Virus record (IMG/VR): IMGVR_UViG_3300028654_000001
Location: 372,001-436,000 of that record
DNA length: 64,000 nucleotides
Reading direction: 5' to 3' (one strand)
A program made the position numbers and the translations under genes. The notes under the pieces are model-generated. The model had not been told where the DNA came from and did not search any database. It saw nothing but the letters and a program-made list of their open reading frames with translations. Below are positions 56,284 to 64,000 of the stretch, one piece after another (the first letter of the stretch is position 1; each line of letters begins with the position of its first letter).

Positions 56284-56985
56284 CTACTCCGAGATCTGTT
56301 CCAAAAGGTACGGGCCTAATCTGTCATCACCCCACGCTTCCCAGAGGTCGGCGGGGTCCTTAACCGGTTTGCCATTTAGGGTTACACCTCTGGGGTACTC
56401 CAAAACCCGAACTAGTTCCACTTTGGAGCCATGGTCACGCAGAAAGTCGCTACTTGCCCTAAGACCACTCGAATCAGCATCAAAGAAGATGTACAGCTTG
56501 CGGACAAGCCTGATGATCCACCGCAACAGGTCCTCCCTAACTTTAGAGGTTATTGTTGAGAAAGCAAACGGGAGAACCCTCTGAACTGGGAATAAATCAA
56601 AGACCCCTTCGACAATACATGCAGATCCTGTATCCCAAATATACTGCATACTCTGGCCGAGTCCGAAAAGAACTGGCTCTAACTCAGTCAAAAAGTAATC
56701 CGAGTACTTCTTGACGGATCTATCAACAGGTCTAAATTGAAGACCGCAGATCTCACCAGACGTATTAGTCAAAGGCAACACATAGGAGTCTTCTAGACTT
56801 TCCCCGTTCTTAAACTGCTTCAGGAATTCCTGGGGGATTTGAATGTCTGGAAGTTTCTTATCTACGTAGCCAATTTGAAACAACTCTATCTGCGGAGAAG
56901 ATACTCCTCGAGTCCATAGGGCATCCAGGACTCTTTCATCCAAGTTACCCCTAGAAAAAGAAACGAAGTCATCAACCCATTCCAT
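56284..56985 (-). CDS. DnaG-like primase (TOPRIM domain, no Zn-binding domain in this ORF)
   Basis: IVEGVFD, FDADSSG, KDPAD. Confidence 0.8.
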   Translation of the reverse strand: MEWVDDFVSFSRGNLDERVLDALWTRGVSSPQIELFQIGYVDKKLPDIQIPQEFLKQFKNGESLEDSYVLPLTNTSGEICGLQFRPVDRSVKKYSDYFLTELEPVLFGLGQSMQYIWDTGSACIVEGVFDLFPVQRVLPFAFSTITSKVREDLLRWIIRLVRKLYIFFDADSSGLRASSDFLRDHGSKVELVRVLEYPRGVTLNGKPVKDPADLWEAWGDDRLGPYLLEQISE

Positions 56986-57556
56986 CGACTTTGATCACCG
57001 TTATGTTTTGACGGACATTATAGAACTGAAGACCGAGGTAGTCTCCAATCCTTACATAAACACCTAGGTTTGGTGGAGTTGTAAATAGAAGGGCGCCACC
57101 AAGCGGTAACTTGGCTGATAACACCTGAATCCCATCAACGATTCCGACAAGACCCTCAGATGAACTCGTGGTAAACTGAGACACCAAGTTATCAGATATG
57201 ACCAGATTCTTCGGCTTACTTGAGGATGCTCTCATGAACTCGATAGCAGAGTTTGTAGTGGTGAACCGGTTATTCCAACCAGACTCTACGGACAGAACCC
57301 CCAGAGCGCTGTAAAGTCGGCCTAGAAGGATAGACTCACTCTCCAGGGGGCAACCAGAGAACCCAAATCTAGCTATACCTTCTCGGCTACGTCTTGTCGG
57401 AACAAACGAGCCTCTGGCATTTGTTACCAACAGTGGCTCAGTCTCCTGTGGTACCTCCCGCTCTGACATGAAGGGCACCGAGAACCCACCTGATGGGGCA
57501 GCCCGCTGTCGGTAACGTTCAGTAACCAGGAGGTGAGCTAAAATTGATAGGTTCAT
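56972..57556 (-). CDS. Hypothetical protein
   Basis: Likely start is ATG at 57556. Confidence 0.6.
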   Translation of the reverse strand: MNLSILAHLLVTERYRQRAAPSGGFSVPFMSEREVPQETEPLLVTNARGSFVPTRRSREGIARFGFSGCPLESESILLGRLYSALGVLSVESGWNNRFTTTNSAIEFMRASSSKPKNLVISDNLVSQFTTSSSEGLVGIVDGIQVLSAKLPLGGALLFTTPPNLGVYVRIGDYLGLQFYNVRQNITVIKVDGMG

Positions 57557-58109
57557 CTCGAAAAACCCTCTCAACCTTCTCAGGTGCTGGTAGTAACTTT
57601 TGAGCATCAATCTTCGGTAGCACCGACTCAATCTTGATCCTCAAAAACTTGAAGAGAAGTTTCTTCCACCACGGAACCCCAAGTTTGAAGTCCCCGATCA
57701 CCCAGAGCAGGGCAAACACTTCTGGTAGGTTGTCACGTACCCAATTTATACTCTGCAAATCCATCTCTAGTTCTGGGAGGATAGATTCCTTGCCCTTAGC
57801 TGGGGTGAAATAAGGGCACTTCTTGGCATCAATAGGCTCCTCACAGATGGTCCCTCCCCATTCAGATGGGTCCTCACTCTGGAGCAGACATAACCCTATC
57901 GTCTGTAAAACTGGGAGCCCTACCTTATCAGTGATACGGTTGTAGCTCTCGTTCTCCTCCCCTTCGATCTGCTTCCGTTGGTCAAGTGGGTGTCGATAGT
58001 TATTGATACAGAGGTGAGGGAGCCTCTCAGAGGCCACTGCCACACGCCGGTCGAGCTCTTTACAAACAAGGTCTCTAACAAAGTCCTCAACCTCTGATTC
58101 AGTTTTCAT
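57519..58109 (-). CDS. Hypothetical protein with Cys motifs
   Basis: 196-aa ORF coupled to its neighbours. Confidence 0.65.
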   Translation of the reverse strand: MKTESEVEDFVRDLVCKELDRRVAVASERLPHLCINNYRHPLDQRKQIEGEENESYNRITDKVGLPVLQTIGLCLLQSEDPSEWGGTICEEPIDAKKCPYFTPAKGKESILPELEMDLQSINWVRDNLPEVFALLWVIGDFKLGVPWWKKLLFKFLRIKIESVLPKIDAQKLLPAPEKVERVFRDEPINFSSPPGY

Positions 58110-58795
58110 TTGGGGCCTCGTATGCGCTTGGCAACGAAATGGTTCCTACCAGACTCTTGTCTAGTTTCACACTGGTAGGCACTCACAGAGTGATCAAGGT
58201 AGGCAAGTTTGTGAGTCACCATCATAATTTGAATGCCAGTTGTTTCAGCAAGGCTCTTAAGGAATTGACCTGTATTCTCAATGTAGTCATCCGAAACAGC
58301 ATTTAGGGTCTCATCCAGTAATAGGATCTTGCCTTTATTAAGGCGTATTAGAGTCAGCAACCGTAAGATCAGGCTAGCTATACTCGAGGGTCCCCCACCA
58401 AATGAATCCAAAGGGGAGCCTTTGACCCCACCGTTATCTGGGTCACCAGAACAGATGAAGAACTCTGCACTGACCTTGTTGTACTTCGAGGATAGTTCAG
58501 CTTTGAAGCTCAAGTCCTGATCATAAAAGATGGTGCGAAGACCTTCGGTTATCACCTGTTCAATGAGCTGTACTTGCCCCATGATCATATGATCCATGAG
58601 AACTCTGAACAGCTCGGACACCTTTGTTAGAACTTCTTGACGCAAGGAGAGGGCAATTAGGTCCCTCTCCTTTGCTTCAAGATCCGTAACCAACTGGTCT
58701 CGAAGAGTACCCAGTTTTGTGGCCTTGTTACGGAGACTTTGGATTCTATGACTACGGGTCACTCCCTCGACGGCATGAACCTGGTCACTCTGCAT
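58106..58795 (-). CDS. sbcC: SbcC/Rad50-like ABC ATPase, C-terminal half only
   Basis: Short coiled coil, signature-like SFGGG, Walker B LLLDE and H-loop MVTH; no Walker A. Confidence 0.8.
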   Translation of the reverse strand: MQSDQVHAVEGVTRSHRIQSLRNKATKLGTLRDQLVTDLEAKERDLIALSLRQEVLTKVSELFRVLMDHMIMGQVQLIEQVITEGLRTIFYDQDLSFKAELSSKYNKVSAEFFICSGDPDNGGVKGSPLDSFGGGPSSIASLILRLLTLIRLNKGKILLLDETLNAVSDDYIENTGQFLKSLAETTGIQIMMVTHKLAYLDHSVSAYQCETRQESGRNHFVAKRIRGPK

Positions 58796-60000
58796 GGAAT
58801 GGATCCTTCTGGTTCCGGGGTAACCTTACCGGTTTTCGCATCGAGTCTGAATTCATCGATTGTCCTGAAAAGACCAACCTCATTTTTACGAGTGGCAGTA
58901 GGGGGGGATATAACCCATCGTATCTCTGCATCGTGTCCCTTGATGGTCTGAACTAACTCGATGAAGAAGTCTACGTTGACTCCGATCGTATAAGCCTGTG
59001 GTTCAACAGCTTCCTCTTCAGATTCGTTGAACTTGTACTTGACATTGACAGCAATCGTCCGAGTCTTTGACTCTGGAAAGGAAAATCTCATCTCCTTCGA
59101 GTTAGGATTGAAGTTGATTTTGACTCGATTCTTGTCCTTAGCCATGCACGCACGGGCATGTTGAAGTGCATTAAGAAGGGCAGCTCTATTAGCAGTAACC
59201 GCTATTGGGTCCTTCTTAGTCGTATAGTAATTGAACTTGTCGTGAAACTTCTCGTGCTCAGGCCACCCGAATACACTATCCTTATCGTTGACAGCAAATG
59301 TGTAGTGTTTACCCTTACAGATAGTGACTTCACCATCGCACTTTGACAAGAAACTTAGGAAGGATGAAGCATGCTGCCCGTGGATCTCTAGACTCTTACC
59401 CTTAAACTCATCGGTATAGAAGTAGAATGCTCGATTACCGTCGGCCGCGTACAGATAACCATCACCGTTCGGGAGTCGATTCTTATCAATAACCTCAATA
59501 CCTTTCAAGTTTTCAGTTTTACTGTCCTTCAAGTCAGCAGTAAATGGTCTTGCTAGGCTGATTGCCTCGCGAAGGATACTCGAAGAAAATATATACTTGG
59601 TTTGAGCCGATTCAAAGTCAGTATCACAAGTTGCCAACAACCCGGGATCAAAAGATCCAAACTCAGACTCAGCACCGCCTGGTGTATGATACTCAACTGT
59701 GTAGCGACCCTCATCAGACGTAGCTTCGATGTCACAAGTACCCTCTGCGAGGAGGTACTTCAATGCTCCTATATACTCAGATGGGAATGCAAATGACCCA
59801 TCCCCTTCTGTCTCTAGAAGAGAGAACTTAGCTCTGGAAACACATTGAGTGTTACGGGAGTACAAGAAACACTCCAAGCCCCGAACTACGAAGAGGTAGC
59901 CTGCACCCCCGCTTTGGGTTACTCCGCTTGGGTTTACAATAGAAACTACCTCAAGAGCCTCACTCAGGTCTTGCAGGTTGAATTTGATCTTGGTCTTCAT
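58759..60000 (-). CDS. dnaN: DNA polymerase sliding clamp (beta-clamp-like)
   Basis: 413 aa with three repeated domains (L.EAL..V, ILREAISLA, LLNAL..A), LYAADG and VNVDFF; neighbours dnaX. Confidence 0.7.
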   Translation of the reverse strand: MKTKIKFNLQDLSEALEVVSIVNPSGVTQSGGAGYLFVVRGLECFLYSRNTQCVSRAKFSLLETEGDGSFAFPSEYIGALKYLLAEGTCDIEATSDEGRYTVEYHTPGGAESEFGSFDPGLLATCDTDFESAQTKYIFSSSILREAISLARPFTADLKDSKTENLKGIEVIDKNRLPNGDGYLYAADGNRAFYFYTDEFKGKSLEIHGQHASSFLSFLSKCDGEVTICKGKHYTFAVNDKDSVFGWPEHEKFHDKFNYYTTKKDPIAVTANRAALLNALQHARACMAKDKNRVKINFNPNSKEMRFSFPESKTRTIAVNVKYKFNESEEEAVEPQAYTIGVNVDFFIELVQTIKGHDAEIRWVISPPTATRKNEVGLFRTIDEFRLDAKTGKVTPEPEGSIPCRVTRFMPSRE

Positions 60001-60007
60001 CTAATCC

Positions 60008-60283
60008 TCATCGGTTGTCGTAATCTGCCAAAATAGTCTCTGCTGAGATGAGCTCTTCCTCAAACCGCACTATGAGCCCCTCAAGTTCCTGTTGAGCCTT
60101 ATCTCTGTCTTCCACTAGTGTTCTTGGGTTGTAGCCAGCTTCCTGAATCTCCTTCACAAGGGAAGTCAACTCATCTCGCTTTGATTTTAGTTCCCCGCCT
60201 AACTCGGCTTTCCGCCGAAGTACTTTACTGTGTCGACTAGACAGGCTAGCCATCTTTTCTTGGAGTTTATCTGGTGTCAACAT
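60008..60283 (-). CDS. Small all-coiled-coil protein
   Basis: 91 aa with heptad pattern throughout. Confidence 0.7.
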   Translation of the reverse strand: MLTPDKLQEKMASLSSRHSKVLRRKAELGGELKSKRDELTSLVKEIQEAGYNPRTLVEDRDKAQQELEGLIVRFEEELISAETILADYDNR

Positions 60284-60291
60284 AGTTCAAC

Positions 60292-61257
60292 CTAATCATC
60301 AGACCCAAGGGTTAACTCTGTTACACCTTCCGGAAGGTTTAAGCGGGCCCTTCGACGATACTTTTGAATCTCCTTCTGTCCATCTTCACAAAGTGGTACA
60401 AAAGGGCACAGAGTGCAGTTATGACTTGGTTGAGCAGGAAACAATTCCTGCCGGAGCTCATCATGAGATTGCGGGGTATCCTCAATAGATTCCAACTTAC
60501 GAACTGACTGGTCAATCCTGGCCAACACTGAAAGAACCTCAGTTTGTAAGTTATCGAGGTCTTTCTCTGAAAATGGAATCCATTCTATGGCCTCTTCACC
60601 GCTAAACCTCCAGAATATGTAGCCTAGCTTATCGGGAATGATCTTACGTTTGGCACGGTATAATACCGCGTACCACTTCAGTTGGACCCCCTCAGCCTTC
60701 TCACCCTTCTTCAGCGGCTGACCATCAACGTATTTGTCCCGATGCTTTGACCCCTTACCGTCAAGAATCACCAAGTCGTTGTATGGAGGAACCCTCTGAA
60801 TGACAAAGTCTGATCTACCACCCATAATATAAGAACCAAACTTAGAGTCAAGTTTGAGTTCTGGCTCCATTCGCGGCCCAACAAGCCTATTATGGCGAAT
60901 TGTTTGGAGACCTACAGGGATTGTAGCATACAAGTCATTTAGAATCTCATCTTTGCTGTGGTAGTTGGCCTTCTCATCTGGCCAGTCAATGATACGACCC
61001 TTCTTAGTGGTATCCGCTATAGCAGCATCGAGATGAGGTTGAGCAAGATTTTGCAGTTTACCAGCACAATCGGAGTCTCTCCACAATCTATCTCGGTAGA
61101 ATGACTCAAAGAGTGTGCCTATTGCTGAACCATATAGAGCATTGATCCCATTCTCCGGCTCTGGTGGAGTAGCTTTCACCACATATTTATTCCAGTATGA
61201 GTATGGGCATTTCCTCTCCGTACTGAAACCAGAGTAGGATATATAATTGATGCTCAT
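60292..61257 (-). CDS. PD-(D/E)XK (RecB/Cas4-like) nuclease
   Basis: KCPYSYW, GRSDFV..ILDGKGS, QLKWY, CTLCPFVPLC. Confidence 0.85.
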   Translation of the reverse strand: MSINYISYSGFSTERKCPYSYWNKYVVKATPPEPENGINALYGSAIGTLFESFYRDRLWRDSDCAGKLQNLAQPHLDAAIADTTKKGRIIDWPDEKANYHSKDEILNDLYATIPVGLQTIRHNRLVGPRMEPELKLDSKFGSYIMGGRSDFVIQRVPPYNDLVILDGKGSKHRDKYVDGQPLKKGEKAEGVQLKWYAVLYRAKRKIIPDKLGYIFWRFSGEEAIEWIPFSEKDLDNLQTEVLSVLARIDQSVRKLESIEDTPQSHDELRQELFPAQPSHNCTLCPFVPLCEDGQKEIQKYRRRARLNLPEGVTELTLGSDD

Positions 61258-63350
61258 CCGACCTCAGCTTGCTCTAGATACTTCATGGCCTCACTACGAA
61301 CATCATCAGCAAAGTCCAATGATGCTATGCTAGACTCGATGGATGCATTGGGATCCATTGCCAAGTCAGTCACGAGTCTAGTCACAAATTGATCTATATC
61401 GTGGTGCTCACGTTCTTGAAGGGCTTTCTTATCCAGGTCAAAAACATCGGCAGCAGGGGCCACAATCAACTTGGAAATGCTTACCTTGATAGTCTGACCA
61501 TCAAACTCGAGAAGGGATACTTGCGGGGTTCTCTCAAGATTCTCTCGTACCAAGGCCCCCCTAGAGACAGCCCCTTGATTGACAAAATACTTCCCACCAA
61601 TCTCCTCTATACCTTGATCTTTATGCCAATGTCCAAAGCAATTATGAACAAGAATACCTCCTGCAAGATACTCACCAGTGGAGGTTCTGAAGTTATGAAC
61701 TAGCCCTTTGTAGGGGGTTCTAGATACACTGCGAACTCGAACATAATACAACCCGTCAGAAAAGAAACCAGCTACTTTAGTCTTTGATCGATCTGGGGGT
61801 ATGATACCCATTCTATTTGACAGGGACTCTCCATCATCTCCATAGAACGAGATAACTTGACAAGGATGGTATCCATCTTTTTGTGGAGGTCTAACTGTGA
61901 AGTAAGGTCGGAGTCCAATAGACAGAGCTAGAAAGAAAATCTGAAATCCAAGAGTAATTGATACAGTAGCCCCCATTACTTCAGTTCTAGTTTTTCGTGC
62001 GTGACCATCCCCAAGCAGCCAGCCAACTAAGAACTCTAAGCGATCTATAGCTGATCTATTCCAGATCCAAGACGATAGACTCTTCTGATCAGAAAAACGC
62101 CCACTGTGTTCGAGGAAGAAATCAGAAACTTCTTTTCCATAAGCGCATACTTGAACACAAGACCCACTAGTCTTATGGGTATGAGTTTCAAGACCAAAGT
62201 GTTCACTCACTAATAGACGAACATCCTCATGTAGGTCTACTTCATCCTCATGAAAACTCCAAGCCACTCCAGCTACAGGAACCTTTTCTCTATTCTCTAT
62301 GATGTGCCCCTCTGCTGCGTAGTAACCCAAAAGCCTAGCTAACCCTGAGTATGAAGCTGAATCATTCGGAATCTGTGGAACAGGAATTGCCAGATAATCA
62401 CCAATACTAACACTTCCCGCTCTAACCCAAGAAGCTCTAACCTCAGGAGCATTAGGACATACCGAACATGGGTATGAAGAGACTGGCTTATCAGGATGAC
62501 ACCTACGTGTAGATCGAGAGGGTACTAAACACCGCATACCCGTAGCAACCCAGTAAGGGTGTTCAGAGGTTACCCCTAAGACTACAGGTGGGACTCCTTC
62601 CACATCAAAAGATATAAGATCTTCGTCTACCAATCTAGAAGGGTGGACACACTCAACACTATTACTTGGGTCTCTTCCAACAACAATAGTACCCCCCACA
62701 ACCTTCTCAATCAATATAGGCCGATACAGAGAATCTAATACGGGGGTACCTGATGGAAAGCACCACACATCGGGACCATTACGGCTCACGAGGGACTCGT
62801 AAGAGAAAACAGGCTCGTTCCAGAAGTCCTCAACAGCAGAGGGTGGAGTCTTGCAGGCTAGGGCGTGCACAATAGCAACAAGATGAGTGTCACCCTTCTG
62901 CTTCTGGATGCTCAGGAGATCAGCCAAAGAGCGGGTTGAACTGTATGGAACCCCAACCACTCGAACCCGAAGGTCCCCATCCTCAAAGACTTGCTCCCGG
63001 AGAAGCTTAAAGGCGTCACTCGCATAGATCACCCCCAGAGGCTGCTTGGCTAAGCTCTCCAAGTTGTTGTATGCTAAGTCATGATTACCCTCAACTCCGA
63101 AGGTTGGGCACCGGTAACCTCTATGGATTCGTATTGTTCTTTCAACAAGGTGATGCGGATTCTTAGAGGAAGCCTTGACGTGAAAGTAGTCTCCTCCATC
63201 AAGAACTGCATTCACCTCATACTTGGCTGCCAGACCACCGATCTGCTCTAGGTTAGAGAATATCTCTGCTGTATAATCCCCCTTCCACGAAATTGGGCTG
63301 TGAGCTGCCAAGTGAGTGTCTGTTCTGAACAAGAATGAGATCCTAGGCAT
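61254..63350 (-). CDS. sbcD: SbcD/Mre11 metallophosphoesterase containing a cis intein
   Basis: DTH, GGDYF and GNHD; GHWH is restored after intein removal. Confidence 0.9.
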   Translation of the reverse strand: MPRISFLFRTDTHLAAHSPISWKGDYTAEIFSNLEQIGGLAAKYEVNAVLDGGDYFHVKASSKNPHHLVERTIRIHRGYRCPTFGVEGNHDLAYNNLESLAKQPLGVIYASDAFKLLREQVFEDGDLRVRVVGVPYSSTRSLADLLSIQKQKGDTHLVAIVHALACKTPPSAVEDFWNEPVFSYESLVSRNGPDVWCFPSGTPVLDSLYRPILIEKVVGGTIVVGRDPSNSVECVHPSRLVDEDLISFDVEGVPPVVLGVTSEHPYWVATGMRCLVPSRSTRRCHPDKPVSSYPCSVCPNAPEVRASWVRAGSVSIGDYLAIPVPQIPNDSASYSGLARLLGYYAAEGHIIENREKVPVAGVAWSFHEDEVDLHEDVRLLVSEHFGLETHTHKTSGSCVQVCAYGKEVSDFFLEHSGRFSDQKSLSSWIWNRSAIDRLEFLVGWLLGDGHARKTRTEVMGATVSITLGFQIFFLALSIGLRPYFTVRPPQKDGYHPCQVISFYGDDGESLSNRMGIIPPDRSKTKVAGFFSDGLYYVRVRSVSRTPYKGLVHNFRTSTGEYLAGGILVHNCFGHWHKDQGIEEIGGKYFVNQGAVSRGALVRENLERTPQVSLLEFDGQTIKVSISKLIVAPAADVFDLDKKALQEREHHDIDQFVTRLVTDLAMDPNASIESSIASLDFADDVRSEAMKYLEQAEVG
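61641..62762 (-). mobile_element. 374-aa intein with LAGLIDADG homing endonuclease
   Basis: CFPSGTPV (block A), VTSEHPY (block B), LLGYYAAEG and WLLGDG (LAGLIDADG), VHNF..GILVHN|C (blocks F/G). Confidence 0.92.
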
Positions 63351-64000
63351 ACTTTCTCTCTGATGTGTGCTGATGCCCCAAGCTCAATGGCTGGACGCAA
63401 GTAGGACAAACACCAAGAGAAGTAGCCTCCTTCTCTAATTCCCTCTCCTGTAGCTCGTAGGTAGTAATTTCAGCAGTAAGGTCATCGACAAGACTCTTCA
63501 GAGCCGTCAATCGTTGACTGAACTTAGACAAGTTCAGGATCTGGATGTGCAATCGATTCAAGTCATCGATAGGTGGGGGTCTGGACTTGCTAGCCGCGTC
63601 CAGTAATTTGAACTTCTCCTTTAGAACTCGAGCTCTTACAATTAACCCATCGAGTAATCGAATCACGTTAAGATTCTCCTTGATTGGATCAATCTCGGGT
63701 ACAGCCGATGAAAAGGTCTCAACCCAACTGAGATCCTCACAGTCTTCCTCACGTCGTCCAAGGTCATCAGATAACCTTGTGAGTACCCTTACCTTCTCGT
63801 ACGGGGTCTTCACCGCAGTTACTTCTGGCACAGCTACAGAACTAACTGCGGTAAGTGAGCGTACCTGTATAGCTATTGAACGAGTAGACCCTATGAATCC
63901 ATTCAATGCCGAGACAGATGACTCAACAGCGTCAACACTCTCACTTCTATGTGCTAAAGACTCAACCTTCTGTATTGCTTCATCGATCCCATCATACTTT
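63343..64000 (-). CDS. 3' part of SbcC/Rad50 N-terminal half (coiled coil ending in CPTC zinc hook); starts beyond the window
   Basis: Frame is open from the right edge; long coiled coil ending GVCPTCVQP; directly upstream of sbcD. Confidence 0.65.
   Translation of the reverse strand, partial: KYDGIDEAIQKVESLAHRSESVDAVESSVSALNGFIGSTRSIAIQVRSLTAVSSVAVPEVTAVKTPYEKVRVLTRLSDDLGRREEDCEDLSWVETFSSAVPEIDPIKENLNVIRLLDGLIVRARVLKEKFKLLDAASKSRPPPIDDLNRLHIQILNLSKFSQRLTALKSLVDDLTAEITTYELQERELEKEATSLGVCPTCVQPLSLGHQHTSERKYA

Noticed and set aside
60292-61257. Cas4 as part of a CRISPR system
   Set aside because: No cas1/cas2 or array; the context is recombination genes, so a generic PD-(D/E)XK exonuclease is more likely.
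1-64000. Alternative genetic code (stop-codon reassignment), seen in some large phages
   Set aside because: Standard-code ORFs tile the window densely, and TAA, TAG and TGA all serve as real gene ends.

Overview
This 64-kb window is a gene-dense fragment of a large tailed (jumbo-type) bacteriophage genome, read in the standard bacterial code. Almost every real gene is on the minus strand. In transcription order (right to left) it carries a replication/recombination block: the tail of a Rad50/SbcC N-half, Mre11/SbcD with a cis intein, a PD-(D/E)XK nuclease, a sliding clamp, a separate SbcC C-half, a TOPRIM primase and DnaX. A transcription block follows, with a NusG-5'-3' exonuclease fusion and a tandem sigma-4 protein. 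The packaging/head block contains TerS, TerL, topoisomerase IB, three decoration-like paralogs, portal, prohead protease, a Gln-rich scaffold, a decoration protein and the major capsid protein. After that come HU, many homing endonucleases (one fused to a DNA methyltransferase), a collagen/beta-propeller fibre, a Cys-rich lipoprotein and a neck module. The one large plus-strand gene encodes five tandem GT2 glycosyltransferase domains. The standout observation is a fractured neck-protein gene (4838-7196). It carries an atypically split Ser1/Ser+1 intein (32-aa acidic IntN, about 134-aa IntC) whose halves are separated by a free-standing Vsr/DUF559-type endonuclease, so a probable virion protein would have to be made by protein trans-splicing. 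No tRNA, rRNA or CRISPR array was seen. All family assignments come from motif recognition by eye, not database searches.
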